A stretch of DNA of 64,000 bases from Glaucostegus cemiculus (Eukaryota): positions 1,364,001 through 1,428,000 of the forward strand of contig CDPCPM010000604.1 in NCBI GenBank assembly GCA_976551045.1. Reading direction: 5' to 3'. The first letter of the stretch is position 1. The number at the start of each line of letters is the position of its first letter. Below, one piece after another: positions 1-14,200 of the stretch. The position numbers and the translations under genes are program-made. The notes beneath the pieces were generated by a model. The model worked only from the letters and a program-made list of their open reading frames with translations, was not told the origin of the DNA and did not search any database.

Positions 1-530
1 GGAGGGAGGGGAGGACAATGAACAAGAAAGGAAGTGTGCGGATAGGAAACGAGAGTTAGAAAGAGCGAGAGAGGAGGCAAGGGCGAAGGGGAGCTGGCAG
101 GGCCGGGGAGGGGGAAAGGAGGGTGTAAAGGGATGAAGAAAGGAGGGATGGGGGAAAGGGTCCAAGGGTTGTGCAGAGTGTGAAGGGTGGGAAAAGTCTG
201 AGGCAGAGGAATGGGAGGAGGAGGGGGGAGGTGATGAGGGGAGCGAAGGACCTGAGTGGGTGAAATGTGGTGGTGGAGAAGAGCCAATGAAAGGGGAGGT
301 GTGCGAGGGGAGAGAGGACGAGCAGAGGGGGGGAAGGAGGGGGACAGGTAAGGTCACGGGACGAAGGATGGGGTTGGAGGTGGGAAGGGTGGAGGGAGAT
401 GGTGGATGGTAGAACTGAATCGAGGGAAGGGGTGAGGAAGCTGAGGGAGAGGCAGAGTACAGGGTGGGGGGTGGAGAAGGGAAGGAGAGGAGTAACAGGG
501 TGGGGAAGACGTGAGGATGGATGAGCAAGC
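1..530. repeat. Purine-rich (G/A) low-complexity tract
   Basis: Strong G/A bias with many G runs and no fixed period. Confidence 0.8.
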
Positions 531-911
531 TAAGAATTATCACACGTTACTACAGTGTTCTACAGCTGCAAAACTTCCATGCAGAATAATTTCTATAACT
601 GACACTATATTTAAACATGAGATCACCATCAAGATTTGTATATTTTGTCCAATCTCCCTTAGATAAATCTATGGGAGTGTAGATAAAGAAATGCCCATTT
701 TCAAACCTAATACGTGGTAACCCTTATACACCAGAGGATGAACACGGTGCCCCCTGGATGGGTAGACCAGGGTTACAGGAAGAGGCACCGCTTCCTCTCG
801 AGTCACACCCCCTGCCTACCCAGCGTGGCCATGGTCCCTCCCGGTGGTCAGCCTACCCTGTCTAGCCAGCCCTGCAGAGGGATGTTCCACAGTTCCCTCA
901 GAGTGACAACA

Positions 912-1633
912 CTGGTAGATGGGGGTGATGGCAAAGTTGCCCACGTAGGTCAGGGCACAGAGTATAAAAGTTGGGATGTTACGTTGCAACTTTACTAAAC
1001 ACTGGTTAGCCTGCACTTGGAGTATTGCGTGCAGTTCTGGTTGCCAAAGTCGAGTTTATTGTCACATGCACAAGTGCATGTGTGCACAGGTGCAACGGAA
1101 AGCTTACTTGCAGCAGCATCACAGGCACCTAGCACCATAGGAGCAGCACCCACACTACAGGAAGGGTGGGGCTGCGCTGGAGAGAGCGCAGAGCAGATTC
1201 ACCAGGATGTTGCCTGGATTGGAGGAGTTTAGTTACAGGGAGAGACTGGACTGGCTGGGGTTGTTTTCCCCGGAGTGGAGGAGGCTGAGGGACAATCTGA
1301 TAGAGGTGTATAAGATTATAAGAGGCACAGATAGGGTAGATGGTCAGGGTCTTTTTCCCATTGTAGGGGCATCAAAAAAAGAAGCCTTGGGTATAAAGTG
1401 ATGAGTGCTTTAAAGGGGATCTGATTGGTAAGTGTTTTACACAGACAGTGGGTGATATCTGGAACTCATTGTCTGAGGAGGTGGTGAAATCAGATGCAGT
1501 CACTGCGTTTAAGAGCCACATAGGCAAAGCACTGAAGGATATGGACCTAATGCGGGCAAATGGGATTAGAACAGATGTGCAAAAAAGGTCGGCATGGACA
1601 CGTGGGGCCCATTTCCGTGCTGTGTGATTCTGG
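912..1633 (+). mobile_element. CR1/HER1 LINE 3' fragment (decayed), with a small Rex1-UTR-like insert at about 1047-1150
   Basis: LEYCVQFW, MLPGLEEFSYRERLDWLGLFS...RLRDNLIEVYKIIRG (CR1 ORF2 C-terminus) and CR1 3' UTR. Confidence 0.85.
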
Positions 1634-2203
1634 GACTGCTGAGCTGCTGCAGTGCCACTCGGGACTGGCAGGGGGAGCCCCTCAGCAGTAAATGATCACC
1701 GGTGGTGCGCTATCAATGAACCAACTCAGTGACTGCTCTCTTGCCCAGGGTAGGTAATTGATTCAGGACCCGTGGGAAAGAAAACACTCACAGGACTGTA
1801 TAACGCTATGACGGTGACCATGCCAAATACAGCAGAGGTACGTGGGACTTTGATTCAAAATTCAGGCAGACCCTCCGCGTGCAAGACTGAGGGCGTGCTG
1901 CATTGTCAGCGGTACCCTCTCTTGGATGCGGTCAGTAAAACATGGCTCTGCTCTGCACTTTCAGCCGATGTAGAAGGTCCCTTGGGCCTTATTGGAAGAG
2001 CAGTGTTGAAATCAACGACTGGCTCCATTCCTGCCGCCCTCACGGATACTGTTATCCCTTGGCTGACATCACCAAAATCCACGAGCCCAAATCTGCAGGG
2101 GATTTTGTGGATTTCGGATGTGTGTTCCCATCAATACAGAACTTCACAAGTACCTCACGGGCCGCGCAAGAGGGTGAATATTTTTACCCCGAGAGCTCCT
2201 TAC

Positions 2204-2257
2204 CTGGAATCCCCTGCGGCCCTGCACTCCGCGTATTCCTGGTGGTCCCATCTCACC
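2204..2257 (-). CDS. COL9A3: exon 23 equivalent (54 nt) GEMGPPGIRGVQGRRGFQ
   Basis: Acceptor tctgcacag, donor GTAAGG; ends RGFQ like human exon 23. Confidence 0.92.
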
Positions 2258-5200
2258 CTGTGCAGACCGGGAAAGGAGAGGTGAGTGGTGAGCAGTGACC
2301 AGCGACCAGCAACATGCACGAGGATACCAGCAGGTACGTACACGTGCACGAGGTCATGCAGAGATACACTCATGTTAACACGCACACAGAAGTGTAAGGT
2401 ATACGCACAGATACACAAACAGGTGCAGGTGGACGCAGGAACCCACACAGTAATGTTAGAGGGAATTCTAGCATCAGAGGAGGACATTTGGCCCATTCTG
2501 TCCCTGCCATCCCCATGCAGTCCCATTCCTCTGCCCCCCCTCTCATGCTGATCCAATTTCTGTTTGAAATCAATGATCATCTCCATTTGCACCATCCTTG
2601 CAGGCAGTGTGTTCCAGGACATCACCATTCAGTTCTTCCTCCAGCTCCATTAGTCCTTGTACCTTAGGCTGTCAGAGTCTTGTCCACTTCTATCATTATC
2701 TCCCCTCAATGTCTTTTGCTTCAAGGACATCACCCCAGCTACTCCAACCTAACCTTGCAGTCATTCTTGGAACCCTTCTGCTGAAGCTCCCCTGTTAACC
2801 TTCAAGACCTTCACACCCTTCAACAGTGTGGTCACCAAAAGGGGCATAAACAGGGTGAATGCACACAGTCCTTTTCCCAGTGAAAGGGAACCAAAAACTA
2901 GAGGGCACAGGTTTTAAGGTGACAGGGGAAAGATTTAATAGGGACCTGAGGGGCAACTTCTTCACACAGAGGGCGGTGGGTGTGTGGAACGAGCTGACAG
3001 AGGAAGTGGTAGAGGCAGGTACAATTATGACATTTAAAAAAACACCTGGACAGGTCCATGGATAGGAAAGGATTAGAGGGATATGGGTCAAACACTGGCA
3101 AATGGGACTGGCTTAGATGGGAATGTTGGTCAGCATGGACCAGTTGGGTTGAAGGGCCTTAGATGGGAATGTTGGTCAGCATGGACCAGTTGGGTTGAAG
3201 GGCCTGCTTTTTTGCTGTGTTACTCTGTGACCCTATAACCAGAAATGGACACTGTACTCTGGATGTGTCTTCACCGAGTTCTGTTTATGGACTTAAAACC
3301 TGTAGTTATAAAGCCAAGATCTCATGTGTTTTGCTAACAGCTCTCTCAATATACTCTGTAATCTTCAAAGATGTTTACACTGGAGCCCTCAGGTCTGTCT
3401 GTTCCTGAACACTCTTCGGACATGTGCCATTAAGTCTATATTCCCTCTCTCCCTCCCTTCTGCCAGAATACATCACCTCACACTTCTTTGTATTGAAGTC
3501 TATTCCACCAGCTTATCCAGGTCCCACTGCAACCAATGGGTCTCCCCTTCATTGTCACATGCCCAAAGTTTGGTTTGGTTGGTCGATGCTTAAATTTGTG
3601 TATGAAATATTCAGATCATTCTACTGAAGCTTGGGACACATTAGCGACCACTGTAACTCATCGCTTTCTATCCTCAGACCAATTCTTCATCCACGCTGAC
3701 ACTGTCCTCCTCTTCTATGTAGTTTTGTTAACCAGTGATTTATGTGATGCTTTGTCAACTTTTTTTTTTACGTAGACAACATTTACTGCATTTCCTTCAT
3801 CAACCCTCTTTATAACTTCATCAGACATTACAATGAGGCTCATCTGACATGATGCACCTTTTACAAGTCCCCACAGGCTCTCCTTAATAACTCAAAGCTC
3901 TCCCAGTGTCAGTTAGATTTCTCCAGAACCACACCCAGCAGCTTGGTTAAATAACCAGTCTGCGCTTGCTTGGAATGTCCCTATGTCTCTCTTTGATCCA
4001 GGGGGTCATATCTGCCACTTTCCAATCCTCTGGCAGCTCCCTGATGTCCCCCAGCAACCTGGGCTGAGGTCACGTGGAGTGGTGAGCTGCACACTCTCAG
4101 CAACACCAGCCTTCCTGCCTGCCCCGTCTGTTACCATTGCCACCACTGCTTCTACTGATATTTTGTATATTGATGCTTATTAACTATTCTGTCCCCTAAG
4201 TCACCTTCTATGCCCTGACTTACCACCTGCCCTTTACTACCCATTCACACAATGGAGAAGTTTCAGTTCTCTTCTATACTAACAGTTACTCTATTCTCCC
4301 CTCCTTGCCAGCCTTTTCTTTCCCTTCACTTCTCTCTACTCATTGCATTTAGCCTGGTTCTTGCCTGAAGAGTTCACCTGCCCTGTGTCGTTCTCTGTAT
4401 TTCCTTGTTTCATTGTATTCTCTCTGTGTGCTTCACTGTCCAAGGGCCCTCATCACTCCCCTGGTGGCAATGGACCAAGTTGGGCTGCAAGCACAGATGA
4501 CCATTATTTGTAACTAAATGTGATATCACTGAATGTTGTATCTGGTCATGTGCCTACCATGTGCAAGTGCACATTCCAAGACCCTCAAACAAGCCAACAC
4601 ACCTTCTGGAGCTCTATGTTTGCCACGCACTACCCTTTACATTCTGCCTGTTAGACGTTGGTCTGTGATCCCACAAGTATCATAACGGTACACCACACTG
4701 GTAACGAGGAGGGGACTGCAGAACCTGAAGATGCCCTATGACAAGGGATCTTCTCCTTGTTGTAGGGCACGTCAGAAAACTCAGGATTAGTCCTTTCAAT
4801 GTGCAGACTTGAAGTGACAAGACTTGAGTCTCAAGATTCAAGACTTGAGAGATAAAGTGTTGTACATGTTGTTATCAAATGGAAGGAAGATCAGACCCAT
4901 TCCAACTACACTGGGAGCTTTGGCCTTTATGATTAAGGGTGCAAGGCCTTCAGTTCTTATGTAGAATGGATGGAGAAGCTTTTCAGGGTAAATGTATGTA
5001 TGAGATTGAGGTTGAAAGTGGGCCTGCTGGATAGAAAGCCATAGACGAGCATAAGAAGGTAACCTTACTGATAGCGAGGAGCTTGGAGAACAAAGCTCCT
5101 GATGCTTCACAGGACAAAATTGTTCATTCACTGAGCTGACAGATTACAGAGTCACTTTAGCTCTGCACCTTTGGGTGTCACAGAGAGCTACAAATGCAGG

Positions 5201-8200
5201 ACCAGACAGCAAAGGTCAAGTAAGACCATTGGTGATACAGTGATATAGATGGATCTTCTCAACACGGTAACTCTGGCCCCTTCCTCATCAGGTGCTGAGG
5301 AGCAAATTCAATCTAAGTTACCAGCTCCAGGAGGTTTAACGCTTGAGTGTGTGTATAGAGGGTATAGAGGGCGTGCAGCGTAGGTTCACAAGGTTAATTC
5401 CAGGGATGTCAGGACTGACTTATGCTGAGAGGTTGGAGAGACTGGGTTTGTACACGCTAGAATTGAGAAGATTAAGAGGGGATCTGATTGAGACTTATAG
5501 GATTATTAAAGGTTTGGACAGGATAGAGGTAGGAAATATGTTCCAGATTTTGGGGAAATCCAGGACCAGAGGGCATGAGCTTAGAATTAAGGGTATGCCA
5601 TTTAGGACAGAAGTGAGGAGAAACTTCTTCTCACAAAGGGTGGTAAATTTGTGGAATGCACTGCCTCAGAGGGCAGTGGAGGCCAATACACTGGGCACTT
5701 TCAAGGAAGAGTTAGATAGGTTTCTTATAGATAGGGGAATCAGGGGATATGGGGACAAGGCAGGAACAGGTTATTGAGGGTAGATGATCAGCCATGATCT
5801 CAAAGTGGCGGAGCAGACTCGAAGGGCCGAAAGGTCTACTTCTGCTCCTATTGTCTATTGTCTACAACCATCACATTGATGGAGGTGGCTTCAAAAACAT
5901 TGAAGGACTTCAGCCAGGGTTCATGCTGTTGGCGGATATGGGGAAAGCTAACGTAGCAAAGGGCGGAGACCTGACCCTCAGCCCCGGGTTTGGTGGGACT
6001 GGTGGTGTCGTGAAGATCACCCATCACAGCTGTGCTGGAGCAGCTTCAACTGCAGAAAGGAAGGATCCTAAACCCTGGAGTGTAAAGATAGACCCAGAAA
6101 CACAAGTCAGAATAATGTTGGCTGGGTTGGCTGTCAATACAAGGAGAGCACCTGGAGTGTAAAGCTACAACACAGGGACCTGCACAACATTGATGAGCCA
6201 CTTGAAGAGCAAAGCTCACATTGCGTCTGCACCTCTAGCAGTAAAAAGGATAAATGCAGAAATCTTGAAATCAAAGTGAAAGTTGACGATTCAGTGTATT
6301 AAGATCCAGATTGATTCAGCTACTGACTCCCCAACTACAGGCAGAGATATGGACATCAAGAAGTTCAGCAAGGTGCTGTTAACAAAAGATGTCACGAGGC
6401 TGAGGCGTGTTCTGGTGGGGCCTCAAGAAGCCCCGGTCAGATGTGATGTGTAGTTTTTCTTAATGGTCACAAAGGGAAGCAACGAATCAGAGCAGCTTTC
6501 CCCAGTGGCATGGGACCAACATTCATCCTTCTCTCAACACTACCACAGTTGATTATCTGGTCACTGTTACAACCCGCTTGTGGGAGCTTGCTGTGTGCAG
6601 ATCATCTACTATTGCATGCAGTTCTGGTTGTCCCCATTACAGGACGGATGTGAGGCTTTGGAGCAGAGGTTCACCAGGATGCTGCCTGGATTAGAGAGCA
6701 TTAGCTATAAGGAGAGGCTGGACAAACTTGGGTTGTTTTCTCTGGAGCATTGGAGGCTGAGGGGAGACCTGACAGAAATATCTAAAATTATGAGAGGCAG
6801 AGATAGGGTAAACAGTCTGAGTCTTTTTTCCAGGATCGAGGTCAATTACTGAAGGGCATAGCTTTAGGGTTAGAGGGGGAAAATTTAAAGGAGATGTGTG
6901 GGGGCAAGTTTTTTTCCCAACACAGAGAGTGGGTGTGTGCCTGGAACGGGCTGCCAGGGCTGGTGGTGGAGGCAGATACAATAGTGGTGTTAGACAGACA
7001 TGAACGGGTAGGGAACGGAGGGATGTGGATCACGTGCAGGCAGACGGGATTGGTTTAATTTGGCATCATGGTTGGCACAGACACGATGGGCTGAAGGGCC
7101 TGTTCCTGTGCTGTTCTATGTTCTATGGTTTAAGTGTTCCCTACAGCGGGAAGTGCTCTATTGGCTGCAGTATCCCGTGAAGGCTGATACAGAGAGGTGT
7201 GGCTCACTGCTGGATCTTGTCCGGTGAGGCTTCACCTAAGGACCCTGAGACATTTTACATCAAAGGTGCCTTTTTATCCCCAAACAAAAGTTGTTGTTGT
7301 ATTTGAGCTCCATCTTGCTATAAACATCGACTTGACTGAACTGTGGCTGCGTGCCTGGGATTTATCCCAATGTTGTCAACCCTGCCAGCTTCTCCGCCTT
7401 GCAAGCCGGTTTCTGGAACATTCCTGCAGGATCCCAGGTACTGAATGGAGTACGTGTCATTCACTGCTCCTGCAACTGTGGCCAGGAACCATCCCCCACA
7501 CGGGAACTATGCAAACATCAGACCCCGGCTGGGTCAGGCAACCATGCAGCCTTGCACAGATCAGCAAACAATAAGCCTTTGAGCGAGCTAGACAGACGGA
7601 CCAGTCTTTCTAACAACTCAGAATAACCAAGTCCCTTCCTGTAAAAAGTAGTGAAATAACTTTGGGATAAGTTCAGGTCCCTGTGAAGGGGCCACTGAGC
7701 ACGGGGCTGCCTGCTTCTGTATGGAGTCTAGTCTCTCCAGCAGGAAGTGGGGGGTGGGAAAGGGGAGGAATTGGGGGCCAGAACAGCGGCAGTAAGTCGT
7801 GACCTCTTCTGAGCAGTAAGGGGGGGAGAAAGGAGTGAATGAGGGGAGGAAGGGGTATAAAGATTGAAGGGAAGGGGACAGAGAAGGGGGAAGGGAAGAC
7901 CAGGGGATGGGTGTAGAAGAGGGTAACGCCCTCCCCACCAGATACAAAAGGAATATTTCCGTTGCAGTTGGAGATAGGGAGGGACCCGACCACACTGGCC
8001 TTCAGTGGTTCCACCTCCTGCTAACACCCTCGATGTGTGCTCTGTGCAGTGGGGACAGCTGAAAGTCAGCCAGGGCTCTGACCTCTGAGCCAGAAGGTGC
8101 TGGGGCTCAACTCCTAGAGTGCTAGATGTGGTCCTGAGGCAGTGCTGTGGTGTCGGAGGTGTTGGCCTTTGGATGAGATGTTAACCTGAAACAAACAGGT

Positions 8201-11200
8201 GTGACTGTACCTCTGGGAGTTGAATGCACCTTGTAGTATGACTTCTCACACTTGTTACCAGACACTGCTGTCAGTCCAGAGGTCCTGCCTTCAATAGGGG
8301 GTGTTGATTGGTTCCTGTGCCCCTGCTACTTTCCTGGGAAGAAGCAATTCAAAAGAGCCTACAGACACCTCTCTATGGTGACAGATTCCATTACGAAGAA
8401 AAAAAACCATGGAGCGTTCCCTGTTTTCATGGGCAACATTTCTGCTTCAACACCACGGCAGGTTATTTGCTCATTCGCCCATCGCTGCTTGTGGGAGTTT
8501 GCTGTACTCAAGCTGACCAGTGAAATTCCTGTATCACCACAGTGATCCAGAGATACCTTCTGTAAAGCAATCACTGCTGAGGTAAAGGAACTGGGACATC
8601 CTGAAATCCGCTATAGAAATGTAACTGTTAAACTGTCTGACAATGAACACAGGTTATTTCTGAACCAAAAGGTTTAAAGCAGTGACTGTGAAACCACACA
8701 CGTGTGCACACACAGTGACATGTGAATCGCACACACACAAGCACACACAGTGATGTGAAATCACACACTTGTACACAGACTTAGTGATATATGAAAACAC
8801 ACACAGTCAGTGATACACATTCACACACTTACCAGTGCACACATACAGACACCGCCCCGCACAATCACATGTGTACACAATAACACCTCTATAAGAGATC
8901 ACTCCTCATCCCTGGCCCATGGTGTTGGTCCTCCTGTCTGTGTCTCTGCAGCCAGGAGCTTCCACAGTTTAAACCAATGACATGAACCGGAGGGGAGATG
9001 AGGCAATACTTTTTCATGGAACAAGAAAGGGCCAGAGGGTGCAGATTTAACAGGAGCTTTACAAAGGGACCTGGGTAAATACTTGAAAGAAAACAGCTTC
9101 GAAAGGTTAAAGGACACAAGAGGGACAGTGAGACTAATTCTAGGACCCTTCAAAGAGCAGGCAGATCAGTCCCTGTTGGAACTTTGTTTCTCTACAATGC
9201 TGGAGGAGGAGAAACAACTTGCTCCCTGTGATGGGGAGAGGCAAGGGGAAGATCTCCACCATCAACTTCATCTGAAGCCTTGGTCAGTGTCACAGGGGCA
9301 CAGGGAGAAGGCCGTTCAGCCCATCAAACCTGACTTGCCTTTCCAGAGATTCAGGATGATCAGTCTCTCAGCAGCTACGTTTTAGGAACATTCTGTTCAC
9401 GAGTTGCGATGTCATTGATAGTGCCAGCATTTATTGTCCATTCCTAATTGCCCCTGAACTGATGGTATTGAACTAAAAAGAGTGCTGGCTGAGTTACAAG
9501 GAGAGGTTGTGCAGACTAGGACTTTATTCCCTGGAGCATAGGAGATTGAGGGGTGACCTGAATGAGGTGTATATGATCATGAGGGGCACAGACAGGGTGA
9601 GAGCACACAATCTTTTTCCCAGGGAGGGGCTGCTAAAAACAAGAGGGCAATGGTTTAAGATCAGAGGCGAGAGATTTAAAAGGGACATCAGGGGCAGTTT
9701 CTTCACACAAAGGGTGGTGCGTATTTGGAATGAGCTGCCAGAAATAGTGGTTGAACCGGGCACATTAGCAACGTTTCAATCCATCTGGATATGTCCATGG
9801 ATGGGAGAGGTTTAGAGGGCTCTGGGCCAAACGTGGGCAGATGGGACCAGCTCACTGGGCAATGCAGTCGGCATGGACAGGTTGGGCCGAAGGGCCTGTT
9901 TCCGTGTTGTGTGACTATGACTGTAACTGTGGAGATGTCAGAAGTCACAGCTAGGCCAGAGCAGGTGAGGGCAGCTGATTTCTTTCCCCACATTGAAACC
10001 AAGTGTGTCACAGGATCAGTCTATTGTCCTCAGGTGTTGAGTCAGTGATTGTCCCGGGTAAGCATTCCCCCAGATGAAGAGCCTCTCCCGAGAAAAGGCG
10101 GCTGGTGTGGTGGAGGTGACCTAATGGAGGACTTTAAATTGACGGAGGGAACGTTTCCACTGGTGTGCCAGGAGCAGCACCAGAGACCATCGGTTTCAGA
10201 GACTCAGCCAGAAATCCAACTGGGAATTCAGGAGAAACTCCTCTCCCCATGGAGCGGAGAGAAGGCAGATCTCTCCCACATGGGGAGGGGTGGCGGAGAG
10301 AAGGATCAATGCATTCAATGCAGGCTGGGCTAGAAGATAATGGAGGAGGGGAGAGAGGTTTGCACTGATAGTTCTGGATGGAAGGAAAGGTTTCAGTGGA
10401 GCTGTATGGGTGGCCGGGCTGTTTCTGCACCATTTGTCATCCTGCCTAACCCCGCATAACCTGATTCAGAACGCCCACCATCCTGTGCATTTCCCACCTT
10501 CACACTGAATGGATCTGCCCGGGCTTTTAGATTCTGTTTCCCAATCCCAGACTCTCCGACCAGTGGAACCGGTTTCTCTCCCTCTGCCATCTCCGGTCCC
10601 CTTTGTACCTTGGAAACATCAAGCGAGTCAGCCCTTAACCATCGAAAACCAGGAGAAATGCAGGGCAGGTTGCCGTAGACCTCAGTGCACACCAGGTCCT
10701 TCAGTAGCTCTTGGGCAGGGGGACACAGGAGGAAGAGGAGCTTCAGGTGGGCCCAGCAGTTTGAGGAGGTGAGGAGATGTGGAGCGGAGACCAGATATAC
10801 TGGTAGGTCTGCTGCACCTGAGTATGGAGGGGTGATGGAGCAGTGGGAAGATAAGGCAGTCAAGGTCCACACTGGGGAAGCCAATCACAAAGGCAGGTGA
10901 GGTCCAAGTCAAAGACAGTTCAGGGAATTGGGGAGGTGTCACAAGGCTTCTACATTTCCCCAGAGAACCATAAATGGCTGTTCTTGCAGGGAGCTGGGGA
11001 ATTATGAGGAACAAGTGCTTTAAACGTAGTGTCGAAGATGACCGGCCTGATTGACAGGCAGTCCTGTGAGGCACTGTGCCAGTGCTCTCTGGAGTTTGGG
11101 GAAACGAAGCATGTACAATCCTTCGAGAGCTTCATGAAGTGGATGCTGAGAGATAGTTTTTCCTCTGGCTGGGGAGTGTAGAACAAGGGAGAATCATCCA

Positions 11201-14200
11201 TTTTCTCCACAAAGGACAATGGGCAGCAGGTGCATCACATCTGCCGGGCGAGGTGCTATCCTTACTCGGGAATCTGTTGCCTTTACTCCCCTCATCACTG
11301 GGTCTGAATCCTGGAACTCCCTCCCCAGCACCATGGGGAAACCTTCAGCAGGAGGTCTGCCATGGGTCAAAAAGGTGGCTCCCCACCACCTTCTCAAGGG
11401 CAGCTACGGATGGACAATAAATGCTGGGCTTGGCAGTGACACCCAGGTCCTGTAAATATAACACGTTAATAACATTAAGACTGAGGTGAGAAGGGGTTCT
11501 TTCAGAAGACGGTGAATCTTCAGAATTCTCTATCTCGGAGAGCTGGGGATACCCGGTGACTGCATCCGACATTGAAATCCATACATTCCTGTGGGAGCTG
11601 AGGGATACAGGGTAGGACGAGTAAGTAGGGTGAAGATCAGCCATGATCTTAATCAATGGTTAAGAGGAGTTGTTGTGCCAAATGGTCACTTCTGGACCTA
11701 TTAAAATATCTAAGGTTCTGCGGGACATTGGCAGGATGGACATGGAGAGACGTTTGTGGCGTCACTGTTTAAAAATAAGGAATTGCCCTTCTAAGAGAGA
11801 GGTGATTATTTTTCCTTTTAGAGGGAGGTGAATCTTTGTAACTCCCCTCCCCCACAGGTTGGTGCAAGCAGAGTCTTTGAGTATGTTTAAGGCAGAAGGA
11901 GACAGATTCTCGGTAGCATGGATATGAAAGGTAACTGTGGCTCTAAGAGACTGCAGAGCTGAGGTCCCAATGTAATGGAGGGGCTCGAGCAGCTGAATTC
12001 AGATGATCTGATATATTTACACCAACTGACCTTACAGTGCCTGTCTCCCTCTTGTGCTTCCCTCTGTCTAGGGAATTCCAACACTATCACTATCTCCATA
12101 TTGTGACAGGATCCAAGAACCCATGGTTCCCCGTTACGTGTTATTCTCCTGTCATTGGGGGAGTCCTTGGAAATCTGGGGCAATGAAAGGGGGCTTAGAA
12201 TAGATCTACCAACACTCCAATCCCTTCGTCCTGACCTCTGTACTAGACGTGGGGCAAAGGGCAGGTACAGAAGCTGCTGAATGTTTTCAAGACCGATTGC
12301 TCCTGTATCCTGGGTCACACCTGTCGGGGCAGAGGCCATGATGGGATTATGGCTGCAAAGACTGAGGGCCAAGGATGGGGTGGACGGATGGTCAACGTTA
12401 GCCCGAGGTTTTCTGTTGCTGCCACTTACGTCAGCACCCCTTGGTCCTCGCTCACCCATGTCGCCAGAGTCACCCAATTCTCCCTGTGAAGTGAATAGAA
12501 AACAGAACATTTAAAAGAGTGACAAAGAAACAGGTGAACGCAACAATGACCTGGTACAGGTGTACCCAGACCCAGTACAGGTAAGCTCAAAACAAAACAG
12601 AAAATGCCAGTAAAACTCAGCCTGTCAGGCAGCATCTGTGGAAGGAGAAACTTCCATTGTTTTGCATCTGTGACCCTTCAACAGAACTGGGAAAGGAAGA
12701 GAGGTGAAAGTTCGTTTTCAGTGGGAGAGGGAATGTCCGTGATAGGATGAATCTATATGGCTTCTTGACAGTACTTACCTGCACATTAAGCTTATAGGTC
12801 TCTGTAGTGAATTGATAATGGTGAGGTGGTGGGACATGCCCTGTGTGGGGAAGATGAGAAAAACTGAGCCAGCATGAAAATGGAAAAGGCTAGAAAAACA
12901 CAGCAGGTGGGGCAACATCTGTGGAAAGAGAAACAGTTAATGTTTCAGATGAGGGGCACTTCAACAGATCTGAGAAAGAGAGAAATAACATCTGGGTAGC
13001 AGCGAAATGGGGTGAAACCAAGGGACCTTCTCCGATGGAGTGAAGGCATGGCAGGTGAGATGAGCTAGTATGGCCGTGCGTTTTGTTGCTGACGTGCGTC
13101 TGGCTGGACTGTACACGGAGAGGAAAGGAGGTATGCAGACGGTTCTGAGATGGACAGAAGGAAAGAGCGTGCTACCTGAAGTTGGAGAATTTGATACTGA
13201 GTCCAGAGGGCTACAATGTGCCCAGTTGGAAGATGAGGTGTTGTTCCTCAAGATTGTGTTGGGTCTTGTTGTAACAGTGCAGGTAAACACGATGTTGACA
13301 GTACAGGTAAACCCAGCAGTACAGCAGTGACCCAATACACAGACATAGACAACATCAGCTCAGTGCACTTAAACCCTGTGTTGGGTATGAACTGGTGCAG
13401 ACCCGGAGCAGTTAAAGCAAAGGTGAAACATTGTGGATGCTGAAAATAGAAATGCTTTAAACTCTGGCAGATTTACCTGAACCATTGGTTCTGCGTCTCT
13501 CTCCCCAGATGCTGCCTGACCGGCTGAGTATTCCTTTGCAATCTCTGGTTTTAACTCAGTACTGGTGGAGCTGGGCTAACGTAGTCAGTTACAGGCAAAC
13601 TGTTGGGTGACGGTGTTCCTGCTGCCTCTAGTGTTATGGGAGACGCTACGAGCAACGTCGCTGGGGCCTGACTCCGAAGCGAACTCCGGCGCTGGAGGAC
13701 TTACCACACTGCCAGGGGGTCCCTGCGGTCCTGGAGCTCCCATTGGTCCTCGGCTTCCCTGTGTGGGGCAAAAGGAACAAACCATCAGCAACAGACCCGG
13801 GCAGAACATCGGGCAGACCAGTGACACCATGAGTGATACACTCGCACACATGTTCCTGATGTCCCAACAGGCCCAACATCAGGGAGACTGAATGGCTGCA
13901 GGCTCACCCTGTACAGGTGTACCTGGCCAAGACCCAGTACAGGTGTACCCAACCCAGACCCAGTACAGGTACACCTGGCCCAGACCCAGTACAGGTACAC
14001 CTGGCCCAGACCCAGTACAGGTGTACCTGGTAGGGGTGTACCCAGCCCAGACCCAGTACAGGTGTATGTAGCCCAGACCCAGTACGGGTGTACCCGGCCC
14101 TGAGACAGTACAGGTGTACCCGGCCCAGATGCAGTACAGCTGTACCTGGCCCACACCCGGTATGGGTGTACCCGGCCCTGAGATGGTACGGGTGTACCCG

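Noticed and set aside
857-871. Possible micro-exon (GWLDR) as exon 24
   Set aside because: It is not Gly-X-Y, and the expected exon 24 is 72 nt, probably left of the window.
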